This document shows positions 1-11,100 of a stretch of 64,000 nucleotides of DNA, one piece after another. Location of the stretch: NCBI GenBank assembly GCA_963924565.1, contig OZ004615.1:18042001-18106000 (forward strand), written 5' to 3'. This DNA comes from Ascidiella aspersa (Eukaryota). A program made the position numbers and the translations under genes. Under the pieces are notes generated by a model. That model saw nothing but the letters and a program-made list of their open reading frames with translations. It did no database searches and was not told the origin of the DNA. Numbering within the stretch: the stretch's first letter is position 1; the number at the start of each line of letters is the position of its first letter.

Positions 1-170
1 AATTTTCAGTGTTACGCCAGACCAGTGGTTCTCAAATGACAACCTGCGTGGCATCTCAGCCAAGCTAGAACAGTCGATTTTTAAGTAAACCTCTCTCTCC
101 AATGGTGGGTTCAGAATTTTGGTTTGGCGGCCTTGAAAACTTTTTAATGGCACGTAGGGTAGGTATAAAT

Positions 171-440
171 CGGTGGTTCCAAACCTTCTTGGCTATAAAT
201 TATAAAAGTTTGCGTAACACTTACTAGCATGTTTGATAAGTGTTCTAATGTAATTTCATACTAAACGAAACTGAAACAGCACATATTAACTTTCCACAAT
301 GTAGGAAAACGTTGCTGATTTGTTGCACTCCAACAGTATATAAAAAATTGTTACAAGAAGTTTATGAAAAAGATCGCGGCCCGTTGAGTTTTTAAAAACG
401 GCACACTAGAGTGCAGCGTCACCCCGTCGGAGAACCACTG
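171..440. mobile_element. Non-autonomous hAT-type MITE
   Basis: Ends CGGTGGTTCC... and ...GAGAACCACTG form imperfect inverted repeats. Flanked by near-identical 8-mers gtataaat (163-170) and gtataatt (441-448), consistent with an 8-bp TSD. Confidence 0.6.
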
Positions 441-1323
441 GTATAATTTAACAGAAATTGCACTCTTTTTGTAGAGTTTATGAGTTCACACTACACACTA
501 TGTCATAGTTTGCACGGCGCCTTTGACTGAATAGATTCCCCTAGAACGGGGCAAAACATTCTCACAACAAAAAAACGTTGCTTAAAAAATTTGAATTTCC
601 AGTAAAGTCGGCAAAAAATATATTGTTTGAGGGGCATAGTCTGGGGCCCCTTGATCCTCCCTTGGTTATGTTATGTGCTATCAAATTGCACTTGTTTGAC
701 GGCATATGAAAGCATAGCCTTTTGCACCAAGTGCTTTATACATTTACTCTATTTGTTGTGACGTCATTAAAGGTTTAGGTTATTTTTACTTTGGAGCGTT
801 TATTTCCAGCATAATTAACTATCAAGTATTTTAAAATGATAGTAGGAAAACATTTTAAAACGGCAATGATTTGTTTTTCGAGTCCTAATCGAAGTCGCTG
901 AAAAGATGGTTGAAAGCCTCGGTCGAGAACTACTGCGCCAGACCCTTCGATTGTGTAGCAGCCTGATTGCGAACAGCAAATTGCTGTGTAGATACAGGCA
1001 CAGCGCCCTACAATGAGTAAATGTCAAGTGATCTGAAGTAGCCTATCATGATTTTACAATACCATGCCATGCCATAAAAAGGTAGACTTTTTTCGCACCT
1101 ATTGGCAAGCTTCGAGTTACGTATATAGACACGTTTCAACCTTATATCCAATTTGTTGTTGACAAAGGGGAAAGAATCGTTACGCTTTAGTTTTAGGGCT
1201 TATGTGAAATATTCAACAAACTGACACAGCTCTAAACTACTTTAAACTTTGTCTTGTATATCACGCTTAAACGATTTTCAGTGTATAAAATAGCAAATAG
1301 TCTAGTATTTATTCACCCGTGGC

Positions 1324-1993
1324 CATGGGCGCCCGCACGGGGGGGGGGTCAAGGGGGGCAAGACTTGCCCCCGCACTGGAATATCAAAATGCGATTATTA
1401 GTATTATTTATAAGTGTAATATGTATATGAAGGTTAAAAATATTATACATTATCCATTGCCCCCAAGGGCGTATCCAGGGGGCGGGAGTTCCTACCCCCT
1501 TTTTGTAAGTGATATTATCGTTTTTTGTTCGTTTTTGTCATGGTTTAACAAACTGTTATTGGGTCACGCGTCTTAATCCAATGCGAAACCAAAATCAAGT
1601 GCAAAACGCCGTTTTTCGTCTTTTGTTTGTCGACCGTAAACGCTGGAAGTTGTTCTTTTTCGTTATTTGTTTAGGTTGACTGATTAGCAAGTGTGTATTC
1701 TACAATTTGTTTTTTTGCCTGAAGTTACCGTGTTTCGCAGCTGGCGCCTGACAGGATTGTTGACGACGCACGTGGTCGCTTTTGCTGGACGTATTTGGCT
1801 GTTTCTGATTAGTTTTTTTATCACGTCTTGCAATCACCATTCTATGACGTCATACTGTCACTGTTTTATGATGTCATTATTTATTAAGTCAGACGAAAAA
1901 TAGGGGAATTCCCTAAGTTGAAAATTCAGGACCGCCCCGTTTTGATTTTCCCCTGATTGCCCCTCCCTGGAAATTTTTCTGCGTGCGCCCCTG
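1324..1993. mobile_element. Non-autonomous hAT-type element (MITE, possibly composite)
   Basis: Imperfect TIRs CATGGGCGCCCGCA / TGCGTGCGCCCCTG. Perfect 8-bp TSD cccgtggc at 1316-1323 and 1994-2001. G/C-run subterminal motifs; no transposase ORF. Confidence 0.75.
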
Positions 1994-2946
1994 CCCGTGG
2001 CATACTTACCGCAAATGGCACACGAGGCCTCTCTCCAAACAGTACTGAGCAAGCAATAGATCTTATTTTGAGTTAATATAGAGACTGTTGCAAGGTAGTT
2101 TTCTGCAATTTTGAATCCAAAATCTGGAAGAGTCGATTTATTTACGCAGTTATAACCAATTTTGTTTGAAACCATTTGTGTGTTTACTGTTTAGTCATCA
2201 ATCACTTAGTTAGGAGGCAAATTTAAGTCAAAAAGGTTATTCTCCTGTTAGCAGTGGTATTAGGAAAACACTGTGAAACGTGAGCAGGGAAGGTTTGACA
2301 ACCACTGATTGGTCTGTTCCAAAGACAGCAAAGCGTAAGTTTAATATTGATCACACAGATTATAAATTGTTGCTCACGTTTATGTGACTAGCGAAATAAA
2401 GATTTAAGCTTACTAAGAGTAACGTGTTAACAGTACAATACTGCGCAATGCGCATGCTTATGACTTGCTGTTAGACATGAACGACTCACTGTTATTGGAA
2501 TGCATATTTTACAAGAAGCAAACTGTTAAATGTTTCCATAATATTCAATGTTTCAATTTGACAATATTTATTTCCCTTGGCGGTCAGTATTGTCTGATTC
2601 GTGACAAACGAGTTTTAAAATTGCTTTCTGTCCACAAGTATAGCAACTGTTTGACTGTAAGTTTCTCTATTGCCGTGCATATAAACATTCATGCCAGGGT
2701 TGTTTAGGAAAAATCGGCACCTATATATGCGCTGATAGGCCAAAAATTGTTTTAGCAAAAGATTATGCTTTTATTGCAGATTGACCAAAGTTATGGCTAG
2801 TAATTACAACCCTTAAACATATTACTTTTCTTTTCAATTTTTTGTTTTCCAGGGGTACGTTCACATACAGATAAATCGAGAGGTTATACACAGGTTTAAA
2901 AGTTTAGGAACCCCTTTATAAAGGAACCGAATTTGAAAGCATTTTA

Positions 2947-5900
2947 ATGGAAAACAACCTTTATTGGCTGATAGTTGCTATTGTGTCATTCTTTGTTTTC
3001 GCCCAAGGTAAGCTGGATCTTTGTTTAAGGGACGGAAAAACGAACTTACACTAATTACAAATAAATATGGGTGCTAACTGCTAACTTGGTCCCCTTCAAG
3101 TTTTACTTATAAATATGAGCGCATTCAACGTAATTCATTAAATGTTGACACTTTTCCGTGATGCTTAATTACGCGATAGGTATTGATCAGTATTTTGTAA
3201 TACAATCACCCCAATAAATATCAGTGCTAATTGAGAGATAATATATTACATATAGGATAACACGTTCGTTTAATATAAAAGAATGTATAATTGACCTAAA
3301 TGGCATTATCAGTTCCTCAATTCATAAAATTAATTCAGGTACTGACAATCCAACTCATTTAAATCGCAATTAGATCGAGCTCTGTCACAAATTTAAAATT
3401 GTTCCTTTTTAAAAGTTTGTTACTATTGTTTCCTTTAGTGCCCACCTTGTGTCGAATCCAGTCCGTCACTGACAATGAAATCCTTCAGTTGTCCGAAGCT
3501 CTCTGGAAAATGGACGATAATCGTGCCAAAAGTGGTGACGTCATAGTCGACCCTCAGTCTAGGGCCCGACAAGGTTCTACACTTGATGCGTCTCCAAGAC
3601 CGTAAGTAAACAGAATATGCTCCTAAAAATAAAATAGTTATTTAACTTATACTTTATATGTACGCTTTATTGAAAAGTAAAGAAAAAGTGTGAAGCTGTG
3701 GTTTAAAAAAACACATAAAAACGCTTCGGTTGTTTTGAAAAAAGAAGTATGTTAAAAACGAATAAATATTTTAAACGTCCTTTATAACTAATTTACGAAT
3801 CGTTTTGTATAGTTATTTATTACTGAATTCGTAATGTGCTGTATTTTACCGCTGTGGCCTTTAACAATAGTACTGCGAAAATATTACACCTGCTTTATCA
3901 TTCAGATTTTTTCAATACGTTAATCCGGAGCTTTTGCGTCGGCCTACCTTTCACTCTCTTATTTCTCTCTTGGACAACTACGAGAAACGCCAGGGCAGGC
4001 GAGAGATTGTGACATCACAAGAAAGACGCGAAGTCGGTCTCTTTTTGGATCAGATCCTGCAGACACGGATTGGAAGACACCTCTACAAATTTCTGCATCA
4101 CAAGAGTAGGCTACCTTAATAATTTTTTTGTTGAAGAACATTTAAAAGCAGTTAAACAACGAAGGTTGAATTTGCTAGCAAACCCATCGCTCAAATTCTA
4201 TTTGGCTTACTTGTACGATACCTCTATTAAAAGCGGTACAATGTTAACAAATAATTGGGAGTTCTTCTATTAAAAGTGTGATGCGACACATGCCAACCAA
4301 CCAAGTTGTGTTACCTCACCTCACCCTTACTAATATTACTCCATTACGCCCAGGAATATCAGGTTGTGGTGACCTTTCGACATTCAAGGACAAGCTTTTC
4401 AGAATGTGGTTTTCGATGTACAGTCGCCGGAATCGTATCGACGACTCCAGCGGGTAAGCTTATCTAGTTTATACAGAGCTCCCCTTTGCTCATTTTAGTA
4501 TCATTTTACTGATTCCGTTACGTCACTGCTCATGATAGACGTGGGCTATGAGGTCAACTTTTGCAACGTTATTTGATAAGATTACGTAAAAAGTTAAATT
4601 TAACGGTGTTCGGTCTAACATCGCGGTACTGTTAACAAGCGAAACGATGATCGTAAATGGTCTTGGTGAAACGGTTTTAGTGGTCTACTGATAAAAAATA
4701 AAGACACCATTTTAATATTTCTGACATTTAGTAATACTTTCACTCGAACGTTTTAACTTATAGTTTATATACGTAGGCATTCTGTTACTGATTTCATGCA
4801 TTTATCATGGGTTGTACAGAATCTAATGAACCACAGTACTGATTTTGCTCATAGAACAATAATTGCATAAATTTTGTAGCCCTGCTTAAAACGCTTTGTC
4901 ATCACAAATTCAACTAACTAAATAATATCCTCCGATTTGTGAAAACTAGCTCATAAAACAAACTAGTTAGAGCTTTGCAAAACGTTTTTCCAAAACAACT
5001 TTTTTCCGAACAACTGCCAAGCGCAACAAGGGCCATTCAATCTGATTAATTAAATGCACTGACAGCAAAAAAAGCGTAGCCAAATTGAATCTGCCGTCTG
5101 CTTACCTTAAGGCAACATCAAACTTAAGTACTTACAAGATGGTAGGCTATTTTACCTTTAGCTCCATCTTAATATATATTAACTTTTGGTCTTAATATAA
5201 CGTGCGAAATTTATTATCAATCTATGTTTTCTTCACTTTGAGCCAAGAGTATTAACCCGGCTCACCAAAACTAACTGCAATGAGACTTTAGTGCAGGTTT
5301 TTTTAACTGGGGACCGTTAACCCTTGGGGGTACGTAGATAGGTTTTAGGTCAATAAAGGCCTAAAGAAATCTTTATTAAACTATATTTTTTAATGAAAGG
5401 AGTTAAATTGACAACAGTGGTTCGCTACCTTTTCCTCAAATGTGTTTAGAATGCACTTATATTTCGCATTTGTTAAACCGAAAATACCAGGTTTCTCAGT
5501 TCAACGTGTTTTATGACGTCAATTTATGACGTCTTCTGTAAAACGTTCATGCGGATTCTAAAAAAAAATCTAAAAATGATACACCCTGGTTTATCAGAAT
5601 GCTTTGTTGAAACCTCTATGTTATCTTCTACAGGTTCGAGCATGTGTTTGTGGGTGAACTTCAATCAACTCGCTCAACTGGCCGACAAAAAGTCGCCGGC
5701 TTACACAACTGGATTCAATTTTACCTACAAGAGCGCAGTGGCGATCTCAACTACTACGGCTATATTAGACACAAAAAGGTGAACTTTCGTAAAAAAAAAG
5801 CCCTAATTAAAGTTAAAAAATCGCCGTTTAAAAACATTTACTCTGGTGTTATCTCAAAGACCGAAAAAATGTAATGCAAGGTTTGTCAAATATAAAAGTC

Positions 5901-6600
5901 TCCAAAGAACCTGTTGAATTTAAAAAATTGTCAACAAATTAAATTATATTATAATAGACATTAATGTCATAAAAAGATGTACACACAACAGTTTTATAAC
6001 GCACTAAAATACATCTATACTTGTAAGAATAAAAGCACCATATAAAACGCTAATTTAGCGCTTTAATTTATCATGTTGTTTTTGCTTTTAGTTTTAATAT
6101 TTTCCCCTAATGTAAAACATAGAATAAGGTATGTGACATCAGCTGTAATAATTACATTAGCTTATTTTAAACTTTCTTCTCATGCAGCCTGGAATCTACT
6201 CAACTCGTTTTTCTTGGAATGGCGTCTTGAAACCAGTAGGCGGTAGTATTGTGGGTACTTCCCCTGAACTTGAACTCGCCCTGTTTACGCTTTGTCACGT
6301 GACAAGGCCGAAAAAAAAGTAAGACTCGTCGCCAAAATAGCCGACATATGCCTGATCAATTCATCCTAATGAAAAGTTACCTAAGTAAATTAATGACATA
6401 TAATCAAACAGTGACAGAATGTCACCGGTGGAAACTGCTTGTTTGCATAACAATTGTATATTTTTACCAGATGTCACGTGCGCTTAGCGGACCAATCAGG
6501 GATCGCTGTTAATGCTGCCATCCAAACATGGACTTGGGCTTCAAGGACCAATCAGGGCACAGGGACTGAGTTTGTTTCATCAGGATATTTTCTTGCTTGA
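2947..6600 (+). CDS. ENDOU: Poly(U)-specific endoribonuclease (EndoU/XendoU family), signal peptide, ~309 aa, 7 exons
   Basis: Exons 2947-3007, 3439-3601, 3906-4105, 4354-4453, 5634-5778, 6188-6318, 6471-6600. All introns GT-AG and phase-consistent (930 nt). Motifs [33 protein letters not shown] and [14 protein letters not shown] give the His-His-Lys catalytic set. Hydrophobic N-terminus [20 protein letters not shown]. Confidence 0.92.
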
Positions 6601-6888
6601 AAAATATAATTCTTTAACTTAACTGCCAGTTTACATTTAAGTGCATGTTATCCTATTCTTTGGCGTTGTGAGCAAAACTCCATTTTGATGTGTAACATAT
6701 TGCAGTCTCGTAGTTGTTTGAAATGAAAAAAGCCCACAAGTTCGCAATATGATTTTTCATTGATTGATAATGCCATTTTGAAATTCTCGACAAAGTCGAA
6801 AAAACAGCTAACCAATTAGGCCTATGTCGTTATATCTGTTAAGCAGTTTTACTGTTTTGCTATGTCTTTGTATTAAACGGCTTTAAGC

Positions 6889-6894
6889 AATAAA
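6889..6894 (+). terminator. Candidate polyadenylation signal of EndoU
   Basis: AATAAA ~290 nt after the stop codon. Confidence 0.5.
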
Positions 6895-6964
6895 CTGTGT
6901 ATTTTACTTCAGCCGTAATTGTTTAATTAGATACAATCACACATAGGCTATCTGAACGTTTGCC

Positions 6965-6970
6965 TTTATT
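6965..6970 (-). terminator. Candidate polyadenylation signal of the Wnt gene
   Basis: AATAAA on the - strand (tttatt on +) ~1.2 kb after the Wnt stop. An alternative lies near 7544. Confidence 0.35.
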
Positions 6971-7724
6971 TTTCGGTTGTTTGCCGAAACTTTAAAATTG
7001 TTGAAAAAGTGCGAAAATGCAAGAAAAAAGCAAAGGTGAGAAGAATGATGACTCCCGTTTAATAAATATCTAAAATGCGCAAAAAACACGAGAGAAATGT
7101 GAGTAGGGGCAAGTACGTTTCAAAAAGTATACAGAAACAAAGTACAATTGGTGTGTAATAGTACGTTTGGATATAGCGACAGAATTCGTTCGGCTGGTGT
7201 CCCGCAGAATATTTTCACTATAGTGTAGAAAACGAATATTTGTCAGTTTTCTAAAGATGTAATATTCATGCGTTTTTAAAAATCACATTTGTAAATACCT
7301 GATATGGTTTCAATGCTTTACAAACTGGGATACCGGCATTTCATTTAGCAACTGAAAGACGGAAAGGTTGCGTCGCGGTAAAAAAAATATCAGCAACAAA
7401 ATGCAATGATTCGGAACATTAAAAACGCAGAAGCAAGTCACATAACAAGGATAGTACGCAGACCTCGTCACAAAAGAAAATAAAAAGAGCTCAGTTGCAC
7501 ATATGCAACATGAATGTGCGGTGCGAACATATCTGATAAAGATTTTATTTCAACCAATGCATTCTAAATTTGTTGCTTATATTTGTTTTCTTAACGCAAG
7601 CCGTGCGATGTTAAGTGATTGGAGGTAATGTAAGTGGCCCAGTCGTAGAATTAGGCTGCCAGCAGCATTCTAGCAATGTTTTGCACATAGAAGAGTTCAC
7701 CCATAAGGAAAGCAAAGCTTATGT

Positions 7725-8018
7725 CAGTGTTTCTCAACCGGGGTTCCGTGGCTCCCTGGAATGCCATTTCTAATCCTCAAGGGTTCCGCGACATATTTGG
7801 GCTTCTTTAAGAATGAGTTGTTTGCTCACCTCTTACAACTTTTTGTTTAATTAGAGTGGAATAAATACAATTATAAATACCTACGTTCTGTAGAGTTGAT
7901 GTGTGTTGTTTCGTTTATTATGACATTCTACTGAATTACTACGGAAAAATCGGGGGTGCTGCAATATATTTATTATTTCTGAGGGGTGCCGCTAGCCATA
8001 AAAGGCTGAGAAACACTG
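7725..8018. mobile_element. hAT-type MITE in the presumed Wnt 3' UTR
   Basis: TIRs CAGTGTTTCTCA / TGAGAAACACTG. Perfect TSD gcttatgt at 7717-7724 and 8019-8026. Same family as 17448-17721 and 44436-44742. Confidence 0.85.
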
Positions 8019-8148
8019 GCTTATGTCAAAGCAATTTCCGCCGAGGACCGGCGCTTTTTCCGAAACTCTCGCAACGCAGCTCCTCATCTGCTGTAGTGAC
8101 GTCACACCAAAGACGCCGACGTTGCCTGGCAACGGGAAGAGGCGAGAA

Positions 8149-11100
8149 TTAGTTGCAGTAGTGCTTGACCACTTCCTCCTGTTTCTCCTCGCAAACTACC
8201 TGGCAACAGTAGACGAACTTGCAGTTGCTTTTCTTGGTGATGGTGTGCACTTCTCTCCTGTGTCCTCTTCCGCAACAGAGATACGAGCAGCTTCCGAGTC
8301 CGGATGTGGCCGGATTGCACTGACGCCCCTGAGTCCCGACACTACCGCGCTTCTTCGAGCGATTGCAGAAGCTGGGAGATTGCCGAAAGTAGACCAAGTC
8401 CTCTTCTGAGATACTCCTTGTCCGAGATCCCCGTCGTCTTCTCCTGAAGCGGAGGATGCGATTCATCCTTATCCTCCTCTGCGCCAAGCGGCTCTTCTTG
8501 CCCTTTTTTGCCACCTTCTTCCGGGGAAGAGCGTTTTCCTCCGGAGCGCTGCGGCGCGGCCGGCGTCTTCTTCTCGAACGCAAGCGGACCAAGTTCGATC
8601 CGTTGTACTTTGCCGAAACGCGAACCGCTGATTCAAACCTGATAAAACAGCGAAATTTGTAAAAAGCAGATCAAATTATGACGTCACAAGACGGGAAAAC
8701 AACATTTACAAATGTGACGTCACAAGGCAGGAAAACAACATTTACAGTTTAAACAAACCTGGAAGCGATTCGCCTGCGGACTTCCTGAAAAGGTTCCATC
8801 TTGTCCCAGCAAGTCCGCATTGTGCAACTTGCCGAAAAGCCGTGGCATCTGCATGCGCTTCGCATGTGATTGGCGATCGCCTGCAAAGCAAAATGAAACA
8901 GGTTATATGCCTGAGAACAAAATAATTTTGTATATCCATATGCCATTCAACATAACATTCAAACACACCGTCATACAAATCAGCTGTAAACACATAGAGA
9001 AACAGTTATATAGTTTTGGAATACAACCTAAAGATGAACTTAAATTGTAAATCATTTTACATTTTTTTTTTATTAAAGGTAGGCTTTCGTAACCACCAAA
9101 CTAGAGTGCATATGACAACTCATTTATTTGTGAAACTATTCTCGAGCTCATAAACCAGCTTGAAATTATCTTTTAGGCTCTTCTCGCAGCCCCAATAAAT
9201 GCATTTATCTTTATGTCTGAGCTGTTTGATACGTTCGAACATTGCAAGGCCAATACAACAGGAAAATACATTGTTTTTTATCTGTATACTCTGTGGGTAG
9301 CAAACTAAATTTTTCGACCAAGATAGCTAAATCACCTAACTCCTATATTTAACGTTATCCATGAAAGAGTTTTACGGGTACTATTGCACCGATGTTACCT
9401 TAACTTTTTGACATAATATATGTTTAATAGAGTTATTTTTTATTATTTAAAAATAAAGTTTTCAATTATCAAGTTGTTTTTAATGAAAAACATGAACAAC
9501 AAAGGCGCAATGGTGATTCAGTCTGTATATAATTGTGTCATAATCTCCGTCGACAAAAGTGTAATCATCTTATGGTTAGATTTACGACCAAGCCACGTCG
9601 ACTGCGTTATTGGATTGTGATGCGGTCGATTAGCGACATGCTAAATCATAAAGTGCAAAACATGACGCAACCAAGTTTAACCAGACGCTAAGCGGCAAGC
9701 TATGAGCCTTAGATTTTTATGTAAGTTTTTTTATATTACAACTTGAGCTGCGATCATAGCGCATTAAACGATCCGTGTACGATCGACTGGCAAAATTCTA
9801 AACTGCGGTCTATTTAATGGCGGGATTTTCCTTGGCGCTGGTCGCAACGCAGCGTCGCTGGCACGCGGGAGAAATGAGAGATAAGAAATCTGCAAGTATT
9901 GCGGGCATTGAAACACTGGGCAACACCCCACGAAACGCGGCCAACAGTCGGGCGCCGAAAATCCTTGTTTAGCGCGCCGCTTAATGACATCCAAACACGG
10001 CGCTTAATGACCTTCAAGCAAGGCGCCCGCAAGCCAGTGCGAAAACCACGCAGCCGCGGCGACTAAAATTAGCCGAGCGCGTGCGCCTGCGAGATAAACA
10101 TCGGGCGTAAACACGAGATGCTGGCGGGAGATGGCGCTTCGAAACGCGGCGAGGATCACACACAGCGGCAAGATGCCTTTTCTCTCGCTGCGAGTCGTAT
10201 CTGCGGTGCGCGCTCGAGTTAATCACTTTAGCCGGCGCTTTGCACGTGTGAGAATTCGCGTTGGGTATTTTTTGTGGCGGAGCCGCTGATTTAGTGTTTT
10301 TTCCCGGTACATCGCTGAGCCGATATACTTCCAAAAGGGTTGCCGCGCTCTTTTGTCGCTTATTCGAGTACCCGTCTGACCGGGCGTGTCGGAATTTTGT
10401 TTTCATGTTTTTAATGTCCGTGGCACGAGCGTGAAAAATGTGTCGATGCGGTTCGGATAAGTCAGGGTTGGGTTGTTTGTCGTGTATTTATGGGCTGGTA
10501 TATTGGCAAACGGAAATTTGGTTTGCTGCTTTCTAGTAAGTCTTTTTTCCCGAAAACCTTTAATCTTTTCTTTGATTTATTGTCAAGGAAATTAAAAAAG
10601 TGTTATCTGTTTCGGTTCAAGGAATACATAACAGAAACTTTCCTATAGTAAAACTATGTCAACGATAAATAAAATGTTTTTTTTTAGTTTTTTTCGTGAA
10701 CCAAAAACACGCAATAATAGTTAAAAGGATCGCAGCTTCTCGGAAAATTTGTCCAATAAAAATCGAAAAATTGAGATCGCATAATCAGTCGGGTTGGAAT
10801 GCATGATATTATCGGATCAGAGCGATACGGGATACAAGTGGTAATATCGTAAGCAGTCCGATTATTAGGGTGCAATCGGTGCTCTAATACCACACTGCTG
10901 AATTTGGCATATCAGCCGTGAATAGCGATTTCTACCTTAAAGGTAATTTTTCAGAATATATTTAATTGAAAACGGGTTTCACAATCGAACTTTGCTCACT
11001 CACTTTTTTACATAAAAACCTGGTAAAAATACATTTTAATGTAACCGATTTAACATATTGGACAATAGTAATGACCAGTGTTGTAATGACTTAAGTCATT

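Noticed and set aside
3086-3099. TTGGTCCCCTTCAA, matching the 5' part of miR-133, in EndoU intron 1
   Set aside because: The 3' part diverges and there is no compact complementary arm to form a pre-miRNA hairpin; compatible with chance.
8023-8662. + strand ORFs overlapping the last Wnt exon (and similar ones over PARP at 58683-59086)
   Set aside because: Antisense shadows of GC-rich coding sequence.
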